Shown: piece by piece, positions 26,916 to 40,083 of the stretch
Layout: the number at the start of each line of letters is the position of its first letter
Numbering within the stretch: position 1 is the first letter of the stretch
From: Lama glama
Lineage: Eukaryota
Direction: 5' to 3'
Length of the DNA: 64,000 nucleotides
NCBI GenBank assembly: GCA_028534125.1
Contig: CM052817.1
Coordinates: 98,768,001-98,832,000, forward strand
Notes under the pieces: generated by a model
The model's database searches: none
The model's input: the letters and a program-made list of their open reading frames with translations, nothing else
Told to the model about the DNA's origin: nothing
Translations under genes and position numbers: made by a program

Positions 26916-29879
26916 TTTAAAAACACAAAGGGGATTGTTCCAGGCTTTCACGATGTAGGGCTTAAGGCCCTCTTGCTGAGTAAGAGCACTTCTGGACACA
27001 TTGTTCAGGCCTGTTTCCTCCCATCTTCCGCCTTATGCTCCAAAATAGGGTGAAATTATAGCTAACAGACTAATAGCCAATTGCCTGCATGTTGGCCTTT
27101 GTTGTCTGGTGAGCGGCTGGCCATTAATGAGCTGTGAAGGCCTGTCGTCCTGTCTTTCGAAGCCCCTAGTGGGAGCTTTCCCAGCTGAGATAAAGGAGGG
27201 CACAGCTGAAAGGGTTGGCCCCAGCCTCCCCTCCTTCCCCTTCTGCCATCCTGTCCCAGCAGGGAGGTTGTGACTCTCCCAGCTGCACCTGCCCCGCCAG
27301 GGAAGAGCTTTCCAGGTAGGCAGTGCCTCAGTGCCCTGCCCTGCTGGTCTCCGGCACTCCCATTGCTCCCCAGGTGCCTTTTATTTTGTTCCCGTTCTGC
27401 TTTTAGTGTGACTAATTATATCATGAAGAAATTGTTCCCCAGGGAGTTGTTTGCTGATCCTTTCCTATCCCTCCCACATCCCACCCCGACTATGTAAGGA
27501 GAAGGGAAAACATTGTGCACAACATTGATGCAACCTTCATTTCTGGGAAGGGCAACCTACATAAAGAATTTGCAGAGGACTGGATGGTTTGGGGATCTGG
27601 GGAAACATCCTGTCAATATATTTGAGCCCATGGAAGACTGAAGATCTTCAAGGTGGATATTGGGACCCTCATATAGAACTCAGTAGGCTCCAAAAACGAA
27701 TAAGCTAGACTGAAGACAGGCTTGCTCCTTGCCTGAGACTTCTGCCTTCCCTCCACCCCTGGCGTGTTTCTGCAGATAAGGATCACTGAATTAATTCCTT
27801 TGGAAGTCTAGGAAAATAGCATTTTGAATGTTTTATTCCTCGAGAAACTTACAATGGAAAATATATCTGTAAATAAGACCTATAAGCTCCAGTGAAGTTT
27901 TCCCCATAATTATTGATAAGATTTTTTTTAATGTGGCTCTGATTGAAATTTTAGATCATCAAATGAGGTGCTATGCATAATACTGTTGTTATTGTAATAC
28001 CAGCTCGCTCATATTTTAGGTCAATTTGAATCATGTACCAAATTGTTCAGTGATGTGCAGAAAAAAGCATTTATATATATATAATATAAACATTATATAT
28101 ATACATAAATTTTATGTATATATGAGCAGAAGGAAGAAACCTGAGAAAACAGTGAACATAGCAACAAGATTTGGATGTCTGGAGTCCTCAGGGTCTCAGA
28201 CTGTTAAATAACAGCAGGGTGGGAAATGCATACATAATTTAAAAGCAATTATGTGCTTATGTGATATAAATGATTTTTTTTTCCTTTTTAACTCTATATG
28301 CTCATCAGAGAGAGTGAAAGCCCCATAACCATCCCAAAACAACGAATTCCTCATACACTGCCCTCAGAGTAGCTGAGTGGTGGCTTAGATTTAATTTTTA
28401 AAAGGACTATAATGAATGATTAAGGTAAGACCAAAAATATGCATTAACACTGCTCAAAGATTAACTTAAAAAATAAAACTCACCTCTTTTATTTAAACAA
28501 AAAGAAAAAGACTCCTGTCTCGCTGGTGTTTGTATATTTTAAACAGCGCTTTAAATGGAGCAGGCTTACTGAGCAACTTCAAGGCCAGTATTATCCATTT
28601 GTCAGTGAGAGGAGCCAAGTAAAGCTTGGTAAATTCTTTAAGATATTAAACAAAATACTGTGAGAACAAAGAAATGACTCATTCTGATTGGGAGAACTTC
28701 CCTGCTCTCAGAGGCTGGAACAGTTAAATAGAGCTTTGATGATGAATGAGTAAGACTTCAGCTGGTGAAGGAATAAAGGAGAGTCAAACTGTGATTGGAG
28801 ACTTGGTGCTCTGCGCTGGTCAAAGGCCACCCTGGATTGAGTGGAGAGAGATGGGTCCCCAGGAAAAGGTGTGTTCTGTAATAAGCAGAGTGGGGACGTG
28901 GATGCTGGGCAACAAAACCCAGTTTGCTGCACAAGCCCAGGGTCTCCTGGTCTTCAGAGTTCCCAGTAAACCATTTGTTACTCTTTCTTTTCATTTGCTA
29001 ATAGACACCAATCAAAGAATCCTTTAATTACATTTTGCCCCCACTAGAGTAGAAGCTCCTTGAACCGTTCATTCATTTCAGTAGTGTTCACACTCATTTT
29101 GTACCAAGAATCTTGCTTGTGTTAGGGATACAAAGACAAGCTTAGACCCTATTCTCTTAGGGTAATTACTGCAAAGGAGGGACTCAGATCAGAAAGGCGA
29201 TTTAAATGCTTCATTTACTGGTACGGCTTCACATCAGGTGACTTCATATCTGTAAGAGATTTAAATTTCAGATCCAACTTGAATTTTTATGTGGAATGAT
29301 GATGTGTACTGTATTTCCTTTTTTTTTTTTTTTTTTTTTAAGAAACAAGCTCCCATATTATTACCAAGTGCCTTTAAACATGTGAAGGAAGCTAGTCAGC
29401 TGACTCTAGAAGCTTCAAGATAAATGTGCAGAAACAGAAGTGAGGTGATGGGTTGTTATTTTTTAATTTTGCCTTTGTTGCATTAGAAGGCTTAGGTTTC
29501 TAAGCAATAAACAATGTGAGTGCACAGTATCATTTAAGTAACAATAGCTCATGAAAATGACTTAAGAGAAAGTGAGTTCACAAGGTTGAACACATCAGCT
29601 TTATGAATACACAGGTAAGTGTATCCTGTGTAACTTTCTTATGGCTCAAGACCTTTGTTCTCCTCCTGTATACCAGCTAAAGTATATAATTCACATCAGC
29701 TTTAGGGCTGGAATGTATTTTTCAAGAGGCTCAGTCTTTATATATGGAAAAGTGGTACTTTACGAGAGGAAGACAGTGGCTGTACTGACATTTGAGAAGT
29801 GAATAATCTATCGTCTGTCTGAAAATATGTTGGATGGTGACCATGGTGACATGGGCCATGGGGCTGCCCCTTTGGAGGG

Positions 29880-30560
29880 TCAGGAATGGTGAGGGGGAGA
29901 TAGAGGGGCTAACTGGTTACTGACAGCAGATATACTGAGAAAGGCTTCCAGGCCTCAGGTGAAGAATCTTGAGAGAGCCGTGGAAGTGGGTTATGCTGGC
30001 ATTGAACATCAACCTGGGAGTTTTGAGCTTTTACCCTAGGGTAATGGGAAGAGAGCAGAGTAGAGATCATGCAGACGGGTGGATAGAGATGCATTCAGAA
30101 AAACAAGCGGCCCTGAAGGAAGCTGGACGTGGTCATTGAAATCATGAACAAAGTCATCTGCACAGAGTATAGAGCAAGAAGGAAGAAGGGGGACTAGGAC
30201 TGAGCCTTGAATTCCAGCCAGAATGGACAGAGGGAGGAGGGTAGATGGACGGGCGGCCTGGGAGGTTGTGGAAAACAGGTGAGTAGAAGCCAAGTTAGAG
30301 TGCCTTCAGGTAGGGGGGACCTGGAGACAGTGAGTGAAGTCTGCCAAGAATGTTGGCTGTGAGGGTGAGGAAAAATGGGGAAGATTAAGTGGGGTTTGTG
30401 GAGACCGTGTCTTTGAAGTGAGAAAGGCTTGAGAAGTAAGTAAATGCTCTTGCAGATTATCCCATAAAGAAGTAGAAACAGATGAGGTCCTGAGAAGGCA
30501 GGAGGGAACTGAGTCTTAGATCACCACAGGGAGGGACACTGCCCCGTTGTGGTCTAGGAG
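29880..30560 (-). mobile_element. L2 LINE fragments
   Basis: Antisense L2-like 'ggtcattgaaatcatg...agagtatagagcaagaaggaagaagggggactaggactgagccttga'. Boundaries approximate. Confidence 0.55.
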
Positions 30561-30878
30561 GAGGAACAGGGTATAAAGAACGTGTGTATATAGATCCTGG
30601 GGAGTTACTGTTTTCCAGTGTGTTTGTGTCAGTCCAGACTTGAAAACTGCAAAAATTACATACATTTCTTTATTAGCCACTTCAGGGTTTCTTAGCTTTG
30701 TTATCACCTCTAAGGGAAAATGTTTAAGTAATTAAATATATTAATTTATTCACTCATTCAAGATCTTTTAATTTCATCCTAATGAGATAATTAAATACTA
30801 AGGAATGCGATTTTGTCAGGTAGGGGCGGACTTTGAAAGGCCACAGATCATTGTAATAGCTAAGGTATTTTTGCTTCC

Positions 30879-31269
30879 TGTATTAATTTGCTAGGGCTGC
30901 TATAATGAAATACCACAGACTGGGCGGCTTAAACAACAGAAATTTGTTTTGTTACAGTTCTGGAGGCTGGAGGTCCAAGACCAAGGTGCCAGCAGGTTTG
31001 ATTTTTCCTGAGACCTCTCTCTTTGGCTTGCAGATGGCTGTCTTCTGGCCGTGTCTGTATACACACATCCCTAGTGTCTCTGGGTTTCCAAATTTACTCT
31101 TGTAAGAACACCAGTCAGAATGAGTTAGGGCCCACCCATGTGACCTCATTTAACTTTAATTACCTCTTTAGAGTCCCGGGCTCCAAGTATATTTACATCC
31201 TGAGGTACTGGGGGTTAAGACTTCAACATATGAAAATTTAGAGGGGGTATACGAATCAGTCCATAACCA
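30879..31269 (-). mobile_element. MLT1B-like (ERVL-MaLR) solo LTR
   Basis: 'tgtattaatttgctagggctgctataatgaaataccacagactgggcggcttaaacaacagaaa...gaggtactgggggttaagacttcaacatatgaa...cagtccataac'. Confidence 0.9.
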
Positions 31270-31592
31270 CCCCCAAGAATCTATTTTCACCTACCTTAAG
31301 GGAACTGTTGCCCCTTTTGAGAACGCATGAACTGATAAAGATTACTCTGGACTTTGCTTACTGGACTGAGTAATGGGGATGTATGGGTGCATTCCTCTGT
31401 GGAGCACCAAATATATGTCAGGAGCTGTGCAATCTCTAGGAATATAAATATGCCTTCAAGGAATTCTCAGACACATGAGCTAAAATAATACAATGTAATG
31501 TGATTGATTATTCATTCAACATTTAGGAATATATCTTAAGTGTTAGAATGATTACTTCTGCTGAAAGAAGAAAGTTAGGAAAAATTTGATAG

Positions 31593-32126
31593 TGTTGCAG
31601 GAAAATGGGGTGTGTGCAGATGGTTACATCCCAGGTATGGGGAAGTGGCTGGAATGCACCCCACCAGGTGAAGGTCCTTGTCTTTGCCGAGGAGAGAATT
31701 CAAGAGCGAGCCATAGAGAAGTGAAATCAAGGTTATTCAGGGAGATACACATTCCGAGACAGAGTGTGGGCTTTTCAGAAGGCAAGAGAGGCAGCCTTAG
31801 GGCATGTGCTTGCTAGTTTGTATGGGCTGGTCATAGGCTAACAAGTGGGAGGATTATTCCAACTATTTTAGGGAAGGGGTGGGGGATTCCCTGGCATTGG
31901 GCCATCACCCATTTTTTGGCCTTTTATGATCAGCCGGGAAACTCGTGACATCCGTGGGTTTGTCACTTAGCAGCTAATGTACTAGAAGAAGCCTGTAATA
32001 AGGCTCAAGGTCTACTGGGAGTTGAATCTTCCGCCATCTTGGGCCAAGTTGGTTCTAACCAGTTTATGTCCTATCCTCAATTGCTGTGTCATTCTTTTAA
32101 TGGTTGTGCCCTTCCCTCCTGTCTCA
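31593..32126 (-). mobile_element. ERV1-class solo LTR
   Basis: TG...CA termini, 534 bp, perfect 4-bp TSD atag (31589-92 and 32127-30). Confidence 0.85.
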
Positions 32127-32528
32127 ATAGGAGAGGTGACATTGGAGGGGTATCTTGAAGAGTGAATTGGATTTTTGAATATAGAAAAGGGCATTCCAAG
32201 CAAAAAACAAACAAAAAACAAAAACAAAATCAGTGGCATGAAGGCGTAAAAGTACATGACTCTATTGAAGGACCCATGAATAGTACAGTGTGTGGAAACC
32301 TTAGGGAATATAATAGAAAAAAAATGGTATATAGAAAAGAATATAATAGAAAAGAATATGGAGCCATATTCTGAAAGATATTGAATAAGATTTTGCTGAG
32401 GGGCTTGAATTGTGTTCTTTGAACAGTGAGGAATTAACAAAGTAAGCGGGAAGGAGGCAATGCGGAATGCTTAGATTGTGCCCTCCACAAGGTACCACAT
32501 CAAAGGAGGGACCATTCACACCTAAAAC

Positions 32529-33060
32529 TGAGCAGAACCTGTGGGGCCCTCCCAGGTACAAAAAAGCCTTTCTGTGTCCCCCTTTTTTTGTGTGCCTTCC
32601 CCGAATCCAAAGGGCAGATTCAAACAGAGTTAGGGAAATGAGGGAATGCAGAAACAAAGAAAAAGCGGTCAAACAGTAGTGCAGCAACCCCAAAGTGGAG
32701 TCCTAGGAAGTCCTCGAGGGTATATACAACAGTGCATCTTCGAGTTCCTCTTTAGGAGCTCAAGTCCCCACCCAGGTGGAGGATGGTGACTTCAGGCTGA
32801 GTGCAAGACTCCTGGAGCACCTCCCTGTTACCTCACCATCCACCAGTCGGAAGAAAGCCCTTCCCCCTCAACTCCCCCTCACCCCTCCACCCCACAAATT
32901 TGCCATTAAAAACTCTTCCTAGAAAGCCATCTCATTCCGACCTTTTGAGCATGAGCCACCTGTTCTCCTTGCTTGGCCCTTGCCAAAAACTTTTCCCTCC
33001 TACAGATGTTTTGTTTGTTTGGCCTCACTGTGCATTGGGCATGTGAACTTGGGTGCAACA
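32529..33060 (+). mobile_element. ERV1-class solo LTR
   Basis: TGAGCAG...GCAACA termini, 532 bp, near-TSD aaac/atac, TATA-like 'attaaaaa' at ~32906. Confidence 0.7.
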
Positions 33061-33495
33061 ATACATCCTAGATACGGACTAACATGTGGGGCTGGTGTGG
33101 AGATTCCAGGCTGCTCAGATGAGCACTGGGGCTGCAGAGGAGAGGCCCTCCTGCGTAAATCCCATCAGCTCACCTGTCCGTGTACATGTACAATCCTGGC
33201 ATCAGCTTAATGGTGCTTCCCCTGCCTCTGCGTGTCCCCTAAGCTGGCTTGTTTTGCCCACCTTCCACTCTTAGGGACCTAATACTCATCTCTCATCAAC
33301 TTGGATCCTGACAAAGTCATCTCACCTAGAAGGCATGGGCCAATGGAATGTGCACACTTCTGGCAGGCGTGCCCTGCCTGGCATTTGAGAGGGAGGGGGC
33401 GCGGTGAGCAGATGAGGGTGTTGAGCTTCTGTATGTAGACACAGGTAGGAACCCTGATGGCTCCCCTAGACAGGGCTTTCATGATATTATGCAGT

Positions 33496-34004
33496 TGCAG
33501 GGGAGCAGAATTTGTCACCCCAGAATATGTCTCTTTGACCTACTGGTTGTTTTAAGCTGGCTATTTTCTAAGAAATAGACCTGAGAAAAGCTTTATGCAC
33601 CAAGTAGGAGTTACCCTTTTAAAGGAATATTTGCATTTGTAAGGTGTCTCCCTCACTGTACCAGAAAGAGGAGGATGACCAAATCTCTAAAAACTCATTG
33701 GTGGAGAAGGCAATGACTTGAATGTGCATGTCAGATTTATTTACTGCGCTTTTCTTTGTAACCTTTCCTAACTGACTCTGCCCACCTCCACATCCTCTTT
33801 TGTCTTTAGCTGAGGATGGTATTTAAGGTGAGGGCTTCAATCTTTTTGGTGAGTTATTCACTTTTCCTGAGTCTCTCCCATGGATGCATGTTATTAAATA
33901 TTTGTTTGATTTTCTCCTGTTAATCTGTCTCATGTCCATTTAACTTTTACACCAGCCAGAGGAACCTACAAGGGTAAAGGAAAAAGTTTTTTCTCCTTCA
34001 CGCA
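33496..34004 (+). mobile_element. MER34/MER39-like ERV1 solo LTR
   Basis: 'tgcaggggagcagaatttgtcaccccagaatatgtctcttt...ggtatttaag...catgttattaaa...ttttctcctgttaatctgtct...ttttctccttcacgca'. Confidence 0.8.
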
Positions 34005-34848
34005 ATAATATACCAAATTGAAATCCTTTTGAAGACTCCTCATTTGCACAAAGGTAAATTGAGTAAGGACAGTGAAAGTGACATAACCAGGAAAGTGTTT
34101 TAGAAGACCAATCCTGGAGGCAAAAAGGAATTTGGATTTGATAGAGATTGAAACATGAGGAAGGGAGGTGGCCAGAAGAGAGAAACACCTTTCTTTGTTT
34201 CCTCACTAGAAAGAGCAGGAATCCCTGGGCATAGGACTTAGGAAAGAGAGAAGCGTGTACAACTTGCAATGGCCCAGCAGAGAAAAGATTTTCTTTTTCT
34301 TTCATCCTCTTGTTTGCAGACCCTCCCTGATAATTTTCATTGTAAGACAGGGGGTGCTTCAAGAGTAGTGTTTTTCCCCTGATAATCATGGTTGTTATTT
34401 TGCAGCTTTTAAGATTTTATTGACATTCAGTATTCTAGCACTGTGTTGATCTGGAGGTTTTGGGGATGACTGTGAACCTGACCCAGGTATTTTAGGATTT
34501 TTGCTGGCCCTGGGCAGTTAAAAACCTGAAACTCAAGGAGATTAAATAGTTTACTTCAGCTTCTATAGTGGTATTTTAAGGCTGTGGAAATGGCAGTATT
34601 AAAAAGCGAATGAACTTTTGTTTTGTTTCATGGTGAACTGGGAAGGAGCCAAGACTGGTGCTCCTTAGTGTTCAAAGACTCCAAAGTTGGGCAAAGCACT
34701 GACTGGGCAGACCATCCCATCCAACCAGAAAGTTGGCTGCCTCTGAACTCCATCCTGAGAGTAGGAAAAGGAAGGGAAACATTTGTGTTATTTGGTCATA
34801 GGTAGGAGGAAACTTACAAATCCTCTACTGCAGTGTCTTCATTTTCTT

Positions 34849-35348
34849 NNNNNNNNNNNNNNNNNNNNNNNNNNNNNNNNNNNNNNNNNNNNNNNNNNNN
34901 NNNNNNNNNNNNNNNNNNNNNNNNNNNNNNNNNNNNNNNNNNNNNNNNNNNNNNNNNNNNNNNNNNNNNNNNNNNNNNNNNNNNNNNNNNNNNNNNNNNN
35001 NNNNNNNNNNNNNNNNNNNNNNNNNNNNNNNNNNNNNNNNNNNNNNNNNNNNNNNNNNNNNNNNNNNNNNNNNNNNNNNNNNNNNNNNNNNNNNNNNNNN
35101 NNNNNNNNNNNNNNNNNNNNNNNNNNNNNNNNNNNNNNNNNNNNNNNNNNNNNNNNNNNNNNNNNNNNNNNNNNNNNNNNNNNNNNNNNNNNNNNNNNNN
35201 NNNNNNNNNNNNNNNNNNNNNNNNNNNNNNNNNNNNNNNNNNNNNNNNNNNNNNNNNNNNNNNNNNNNNNNNNNNNNNNNNNNNNNNNNNNNNNNNNNNN
35301 NNNNNNNNNNNNNNNNNNNNNNNNNNNNNNNNNNNNNNNNNNNNNNNN
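34849..35348. other. Assembly gap, exactly 500 N
   Basis: Directly visible; the round size suggests a placeholder for a gap of unknown length. Confidence 0.99.
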
Positions 35349-36494
35349 TCTGGAATCGGTTTGGTTTTTTAATATATTAACAGTTTGTGAGGAAAGGAAG
35401 GAAACCAGATCACATCCATTTTAAAGTATACACAGATGCACCTGGAGTCCACAGGGAGGTGTTACCATTTTTTTTTATTATTTTTAATTATTAAAAATAA
35501 TTTTTTTATTAAAATATTTTTTAAAAATTTAATGAAAGTATTTTATTCCATTGGCAAATCACAGAGTGCTGGGAAAATGGGAGAGGAGAGATCACAGTTT
35601 GTGAAATAGTTATTTTAGAGCTGAGCTGAGTTGTCCAGGGAACTTAAAAAGAAAATAGTAACAGATTATGTCTGCCTCCTTACCTTTGTGTTGGGGTGAT
35701 CCCTCCCGTTTGAGTCCCACGAATTGCAAGGGCTTATGATTGGTGGTTCTTCCCGGACAGAGTCATAAACATTTTTTTTTTTACTGTGACTTTCTTCGTG
35801 TCACCACCTTCTGTTTTTTGATTTTGATTTATTTTTAATGCACTAAAATTCGAATTATTAGGAACAGGGGAGCAAATCTAGTCTCTGCATTTTTTTAAGA
35901 GTGGGTCTTAGGGCTAAGCTGAATCTATTAAATAGTAGTGTCCTCCATATGCATTTGTTTGGCCTCCCTCCTAAAATTTCAGACCCATGTTATGAAAGAT
36001 CAGGATGTTAATTTTAGTTAACATGATAAATATCCAGATATTTTAAGTTATTTTGGTGAATATGGTTTCAAATCAGATGCACAGATGACTTTCAATGATG
36101 TTTTCTGAGCCTTCCCCCCCCAAGGCTATTATTTTATAGGCTTTCCTTGCTGTAGATACTCTTGGCTCCTAGGCTATTGATGTACAGTTAACCTGAAAGT
36201 AGCTATAATGTAGGGCAGTGACTCAGGCCCAGACTCAGAAGAATCTTGTCCCTCTTTCGTTCTGTCTCTTGGTCCTGTCTTTCAGCTTCATATTTATGAT
36301 GACTGTAGAATTGTTGAGGGTGGTGATACTGAGGAAGAACTGTGGTTGAGTGCCGTATCTTCCTTTCTTCCAAAATTGGGAAAATAGTAAGTGTTCAGTC
36401 ATTCTTCAGGGCAGTCGCCTCATCAGGTGGAGTCCTAGCTTTTGAAACCAGCCGTGTAAATTGTTGGTCAGTCCTTGTATTCAGCTAGATCATA

Positions 36495-36715
36495 TACTAG
36501 TTTTGAGCCCAGGGTCCTAGGCTACCTCCTACCCCCTTGCTGTGTGGCTCAATCATATAACTCAGTCTGAGTCCCTTTCCTTATCTATCCAATGAGGATA
36601 ATTATCATGCCCACCTTTCAGGGTGGCTGTAAGGATTAAATAAGAACATTCAGGAAGCGTTCTCTTTGGCTTCAGTACATAGTAAATAAGAGCTCAGTAA
36701 ACATTAGTTATTATT
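36495..36715 (+). mobile_element. MIR SINE
   Basis: 'ttccttatctatccaatgaggataattatcatgcccacctttcagggtggctgtaaggattaaataag...gctcagtaaacattagttattatt'. Confidence 0.7.
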
Positions 36716-37119
36716 GAGTACTCACTGCATTAAGAAAAAATGTGCAGGCAAGCTCAGGAAGATTACATAGTTGAGGCACACGCTGAAATAATGTATGTAA
36801 TTTGTGTCAGATATTTCTATTTCTGAAACGCCCTGGCTTGCGTTCCGGTTGGAACCTCATCATAATAAGAAAATGAATGCCCATGACTAAGATGAGGGCT
36901 CACTCAAGTTCTCATCAGTCTTGGGAAGTTGTTTGTCTTATTTTTCGTTTTTCTCAGCTTTCCATGGTTAAGGACAGTACCAAACCATTAAGCCATCTTT
37001 CCAAGCCTTTGTCATATCTGTTTTATTCCTGACTTAGGACTTTATGATTTTTATGGCAGCAGTGGAAAGGTAACCTTCAGTTTTGCCTTGGAAATTAGGG
37101 TATAATGTCTGCTCTCCAA

Positions 37120-37298
37120 GATGATGGATCTTAACCCCAGATGCATATTAGGATGATTTGGCAGAGGTTTTGAATGCGTCTGATGAAATGCATATGCCTG
37201 ACCACCCCCGCCCTAGAGAGTCTGACTGAATGGCCTGAGGCTGGAGCCCATGGCATCAGCATTTAAAAATATGCAGCTGTGGTGGAAACTGCTGCCCT
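37120..37298. mobile_element. MER5A-like hAT-Charlie
   Basis: 'cttaaccccagatgcatattagga...cccctagagagtctgactgaatggcctgaggctggagccc...catttaaaaa...ggaaactgctg'. Confidence 0.6.
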
Positions 37299-37456
37299 AA
37301 AAAATATGTACTCTCTTTATTGTACACCTCCCCCCCTCCCCTAAATTTAAAGTATTTATAACTTATCAGCAAATTGCAAGTGATCCTAGAAACTCTATAG
37401 ATTTACAGCTATTAATAAAAGACTAATAAGTGTGTGGACTATTTCAGAATATTTGA

Positions 37457-37589
37457 TTGTATTGTTTTCTGAAGGGGAGGTAATTAGATTTCTTCATTGA
37501 TTTCCCCTTGGAGGAGGTACCGGGGATTGAACCCGGGACCTCCTGGGTGCTGAGCACGCGCTCTACCACTCGAGCTGCACCCTTCCCCC
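37457..37589 (-). mobile_element. tRNA-Ala-derived SINE (camelid vic-1-like)
   Basis: The minus strand reads ggggaagggtgcagctcgagtggtagagcgcgtgctcagc...gggttcaatccccggtacctcc...ctaattacctcccc, with A and B boxes. 12-bp TSD cagaatatttga (37445-56 and 37590-601). Confidence 0.9.
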
Positions 37590-38610
37590 CAGAATATTTG
37601 AAATCTGATTGTATCAAGTGTAGATTAACCATTTGGGTTGTAATGTCCCTTTGGGTAGTAGGGATTTAGTTTTAGTTGCAGTAGCATTGTCTAGAGGAAA
37701 CAAAAATCCCCTTGGCTCTTGTCACTCTTTAAGACCCTACTGTTCTTTTGATCACACTGATTTATGAAAACACTTGTCTGGTTTACAAGAGTAATTTCTG
37801 ATTTTGTAGACAAGAAATGGGTTCAGTCATCTGAGACAAGTTTACTCATAACCTTTAGGGAAGATTCCCTAAGGGTATGAATATTGCTTCTGTCTTTAAT
37901 GCTGGAATTTGCCTTTAGGGAAGGAACTTCCATGTTTAAAGACCCTTCAATTTTTTAGCAGCTGTGGACTCTGGGGTTTTGTAATTAAATGAGAATGGTC
38001 ATTGAGCTGTGAGTGTTTATTTCTGTGGTTTCTTCTGATCTTTGTCTGCCTTTGGGTGCATCAGCTCTATTTCTAGTTCTGTAGGTCTAGCAGCTGTTAG
38101 AAATATCACGGGTGTTTGCTGAAATTAAGTGATAGTTTTATGTACAATCACTGCTGATTGGATTGCCCAGAGTTGAGGTTTGTTTTTTGTTTTTAATTTG
38201 TCTTCCCACATAAAGTTGGTTAGGTTGGGGAATTTGCTCCAATTGCTAACAATTGCTTTAAAGTGTGCAGCATGTTAGCCACAGTTGTTGCCATAAGCAG
38301 CTGTATCAGCTTGAACACATGGTAAACGTTTTATGGTTGGAATAGTAAATGTTGCTTGGAGGGGAGAATTTGCTTCAGAGAGCTTAAACTGGCCTGTTAA
38401 AAAAAAATGTAACGGAAACCTTGAACCGTGAGATGATATATTCCCGAGTCTCCTGTTTGGAATTGCCAGAGGGCCACCTGGAACCCTTGGGTTTTATTTA
38501 GTGTTCTGTGCGTTCATTTGCATTGGCTCACTCAAGTCCAGTCTGAATTCTACTCATTGCAGAGTTTAGAAGCTGATACCAACACACTGTTTGTTTAAAA
38601 ATCCCATCAA

Positions 38611-39075
38611 AGTTCCCGAAAGAAAAATGCACAAACTAAGAGCTGTGTGTGCATTTCAGTTATATTCCGGGACCTTTGCTGAAAACTGTAGCCCAGGAAA
38701 CAGCCTCTCGGTAGCTCTGAGACGGCTGCTTCAAAGAGGCAGAGGAAGAAGCCGGTATAGGTGTGATTTTGGCGGGGAATAGATGTAGTCAAGTATACAT
38801 CTCAGTAAGAGGTTGCTGCTAGTCACAAGGATCAGATATCTCAGTTAATGATTTTAGTGCTTTTCTAGGAATGAGAGGGTGCAAGAATCTGGGTTCATTA
38901 AAATTTTTTTCCCTGAGATATCTTTACCTAAGGGGCCTGTTTTCCCAAAGCAGAGTGCCTCGTTCCGTTTTTCCTTCTGAATTCCTCTCAAGGTGCAGAG
39001 TCAGTCAGTGACTGCAGTGGCTAATGACTTGATCCTTGTGGAACTGGATGGCAGGCAATGGTCTTTGTTTTAAAA
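38611..39075 (-). mobile_element. MER41-like (artiodactyl ERV1) solo LTR
   Basis: Shares 'aaatgcaca...cagcctctc.g.t.gctctgag...ctgct.c.aagagg' with the LTR at 41449. Ends degraded; no clear TSD. Confidence 0.75.
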
Positions 39076-40083
39076 TGGAGAGTGTTTCCCTGATGTTTTA
39101 TCTCTGAAGGGGTGAAGTTCTGATTTCTGCGAAGAGTAAACAATTTCTTTTCTTTGTGTGACAAATGACTACCCAAAATGCAAATGTTAATGCATATTTT
39201 ATCTGAGTTTGTAATTAGAGCACAGCTCCAAGCAGTGATTAAAAGTCCGCTGCTCTCATACAGTCGTTGTGCAGTGCTATGAAGAGGTGGGCTCTCACTG
39301 GGCTGATTGCTGGTCCTTTTCTGATGAGGAGACAACCCTCAAAAAGCAGGGCTTCTGGCTTTTTTCAGATCCCTCTGAATGGTAGGGAGCCTTGCCTCCT
39401 TTCCGAGTTTTCCTTGTCGCTGGGATAAACGGTGGGCGTGACACTGCCTAATGATGACTATGATCATGTAAAACAGCCTCTGATTAAAGGGAGCCTGTGG
39501 GCCTGCCTGGGTGCATTATTCCCCGGGGAGACACATCACCACAGTAGGGTGGAGGGAATTCTCTTTCATATTCAGGAGGTAAATTGCTCTCATCAGAGGA
39601 CCATCAGTTAGTTAAAGGCAATTTAAAATGAGTTTTTCTCATTTCAAGGAAAAATGCCAAAAAAAAATTAACTGTTTCAACCAGAAGAAGGAGAGAGGAA
39701 CAAACAGCTCAGAAGCCTCAGGCCTGCAGGCAGCAGCTCCTCGGGCTTTGCAGTGGTTACATCCTTGGCTTAGAAAGGGCAGGCTCCTCGTGACCGCACA
39801 AGTACCTCTGAAAGAGACTCTTCTCATGTATTTAATATTCATGGGTGGTTTCCTATAAAGTTGCAGGAAAAAATAGTTTGTATCTGCCTTCCAACCTTGC
39901 ACCAATCTGCTAGTTATCTGTCAGCCAAACGATGCTATAGACCTCAGTTAAGACCTTACAGAATTTAACTTTTGAGACCTAAATCTAATAGTTGAGTGGA
40001 AAGGCTGGAAAGGCATTGTATCTTGTGGTTTTTCCCTCCAAAAAAAAAAAAGTGGAAGAAGCTGTACTCCTGTGCAGGGTTAC

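Noticed and set aside
29487..29620. Consensus donor CAG|GTAAGT (29614/5) with a possible upstream acceptor
   Set aside because: An isolated donor consensus is expected by chance in 64 kb, and the candidate exon is stop-rich with no other support.
32304..32360. Short repeats 'aatataatagaaaa' as a CRISPR-like or functional array
   Set aside because: Low-complexity slippage duplication with no spacers, in eukaryotic DNA.
34783..35424. 213-aa and 179-aa ORFs
   Set aside because: Artefacts of translating through the N gap.
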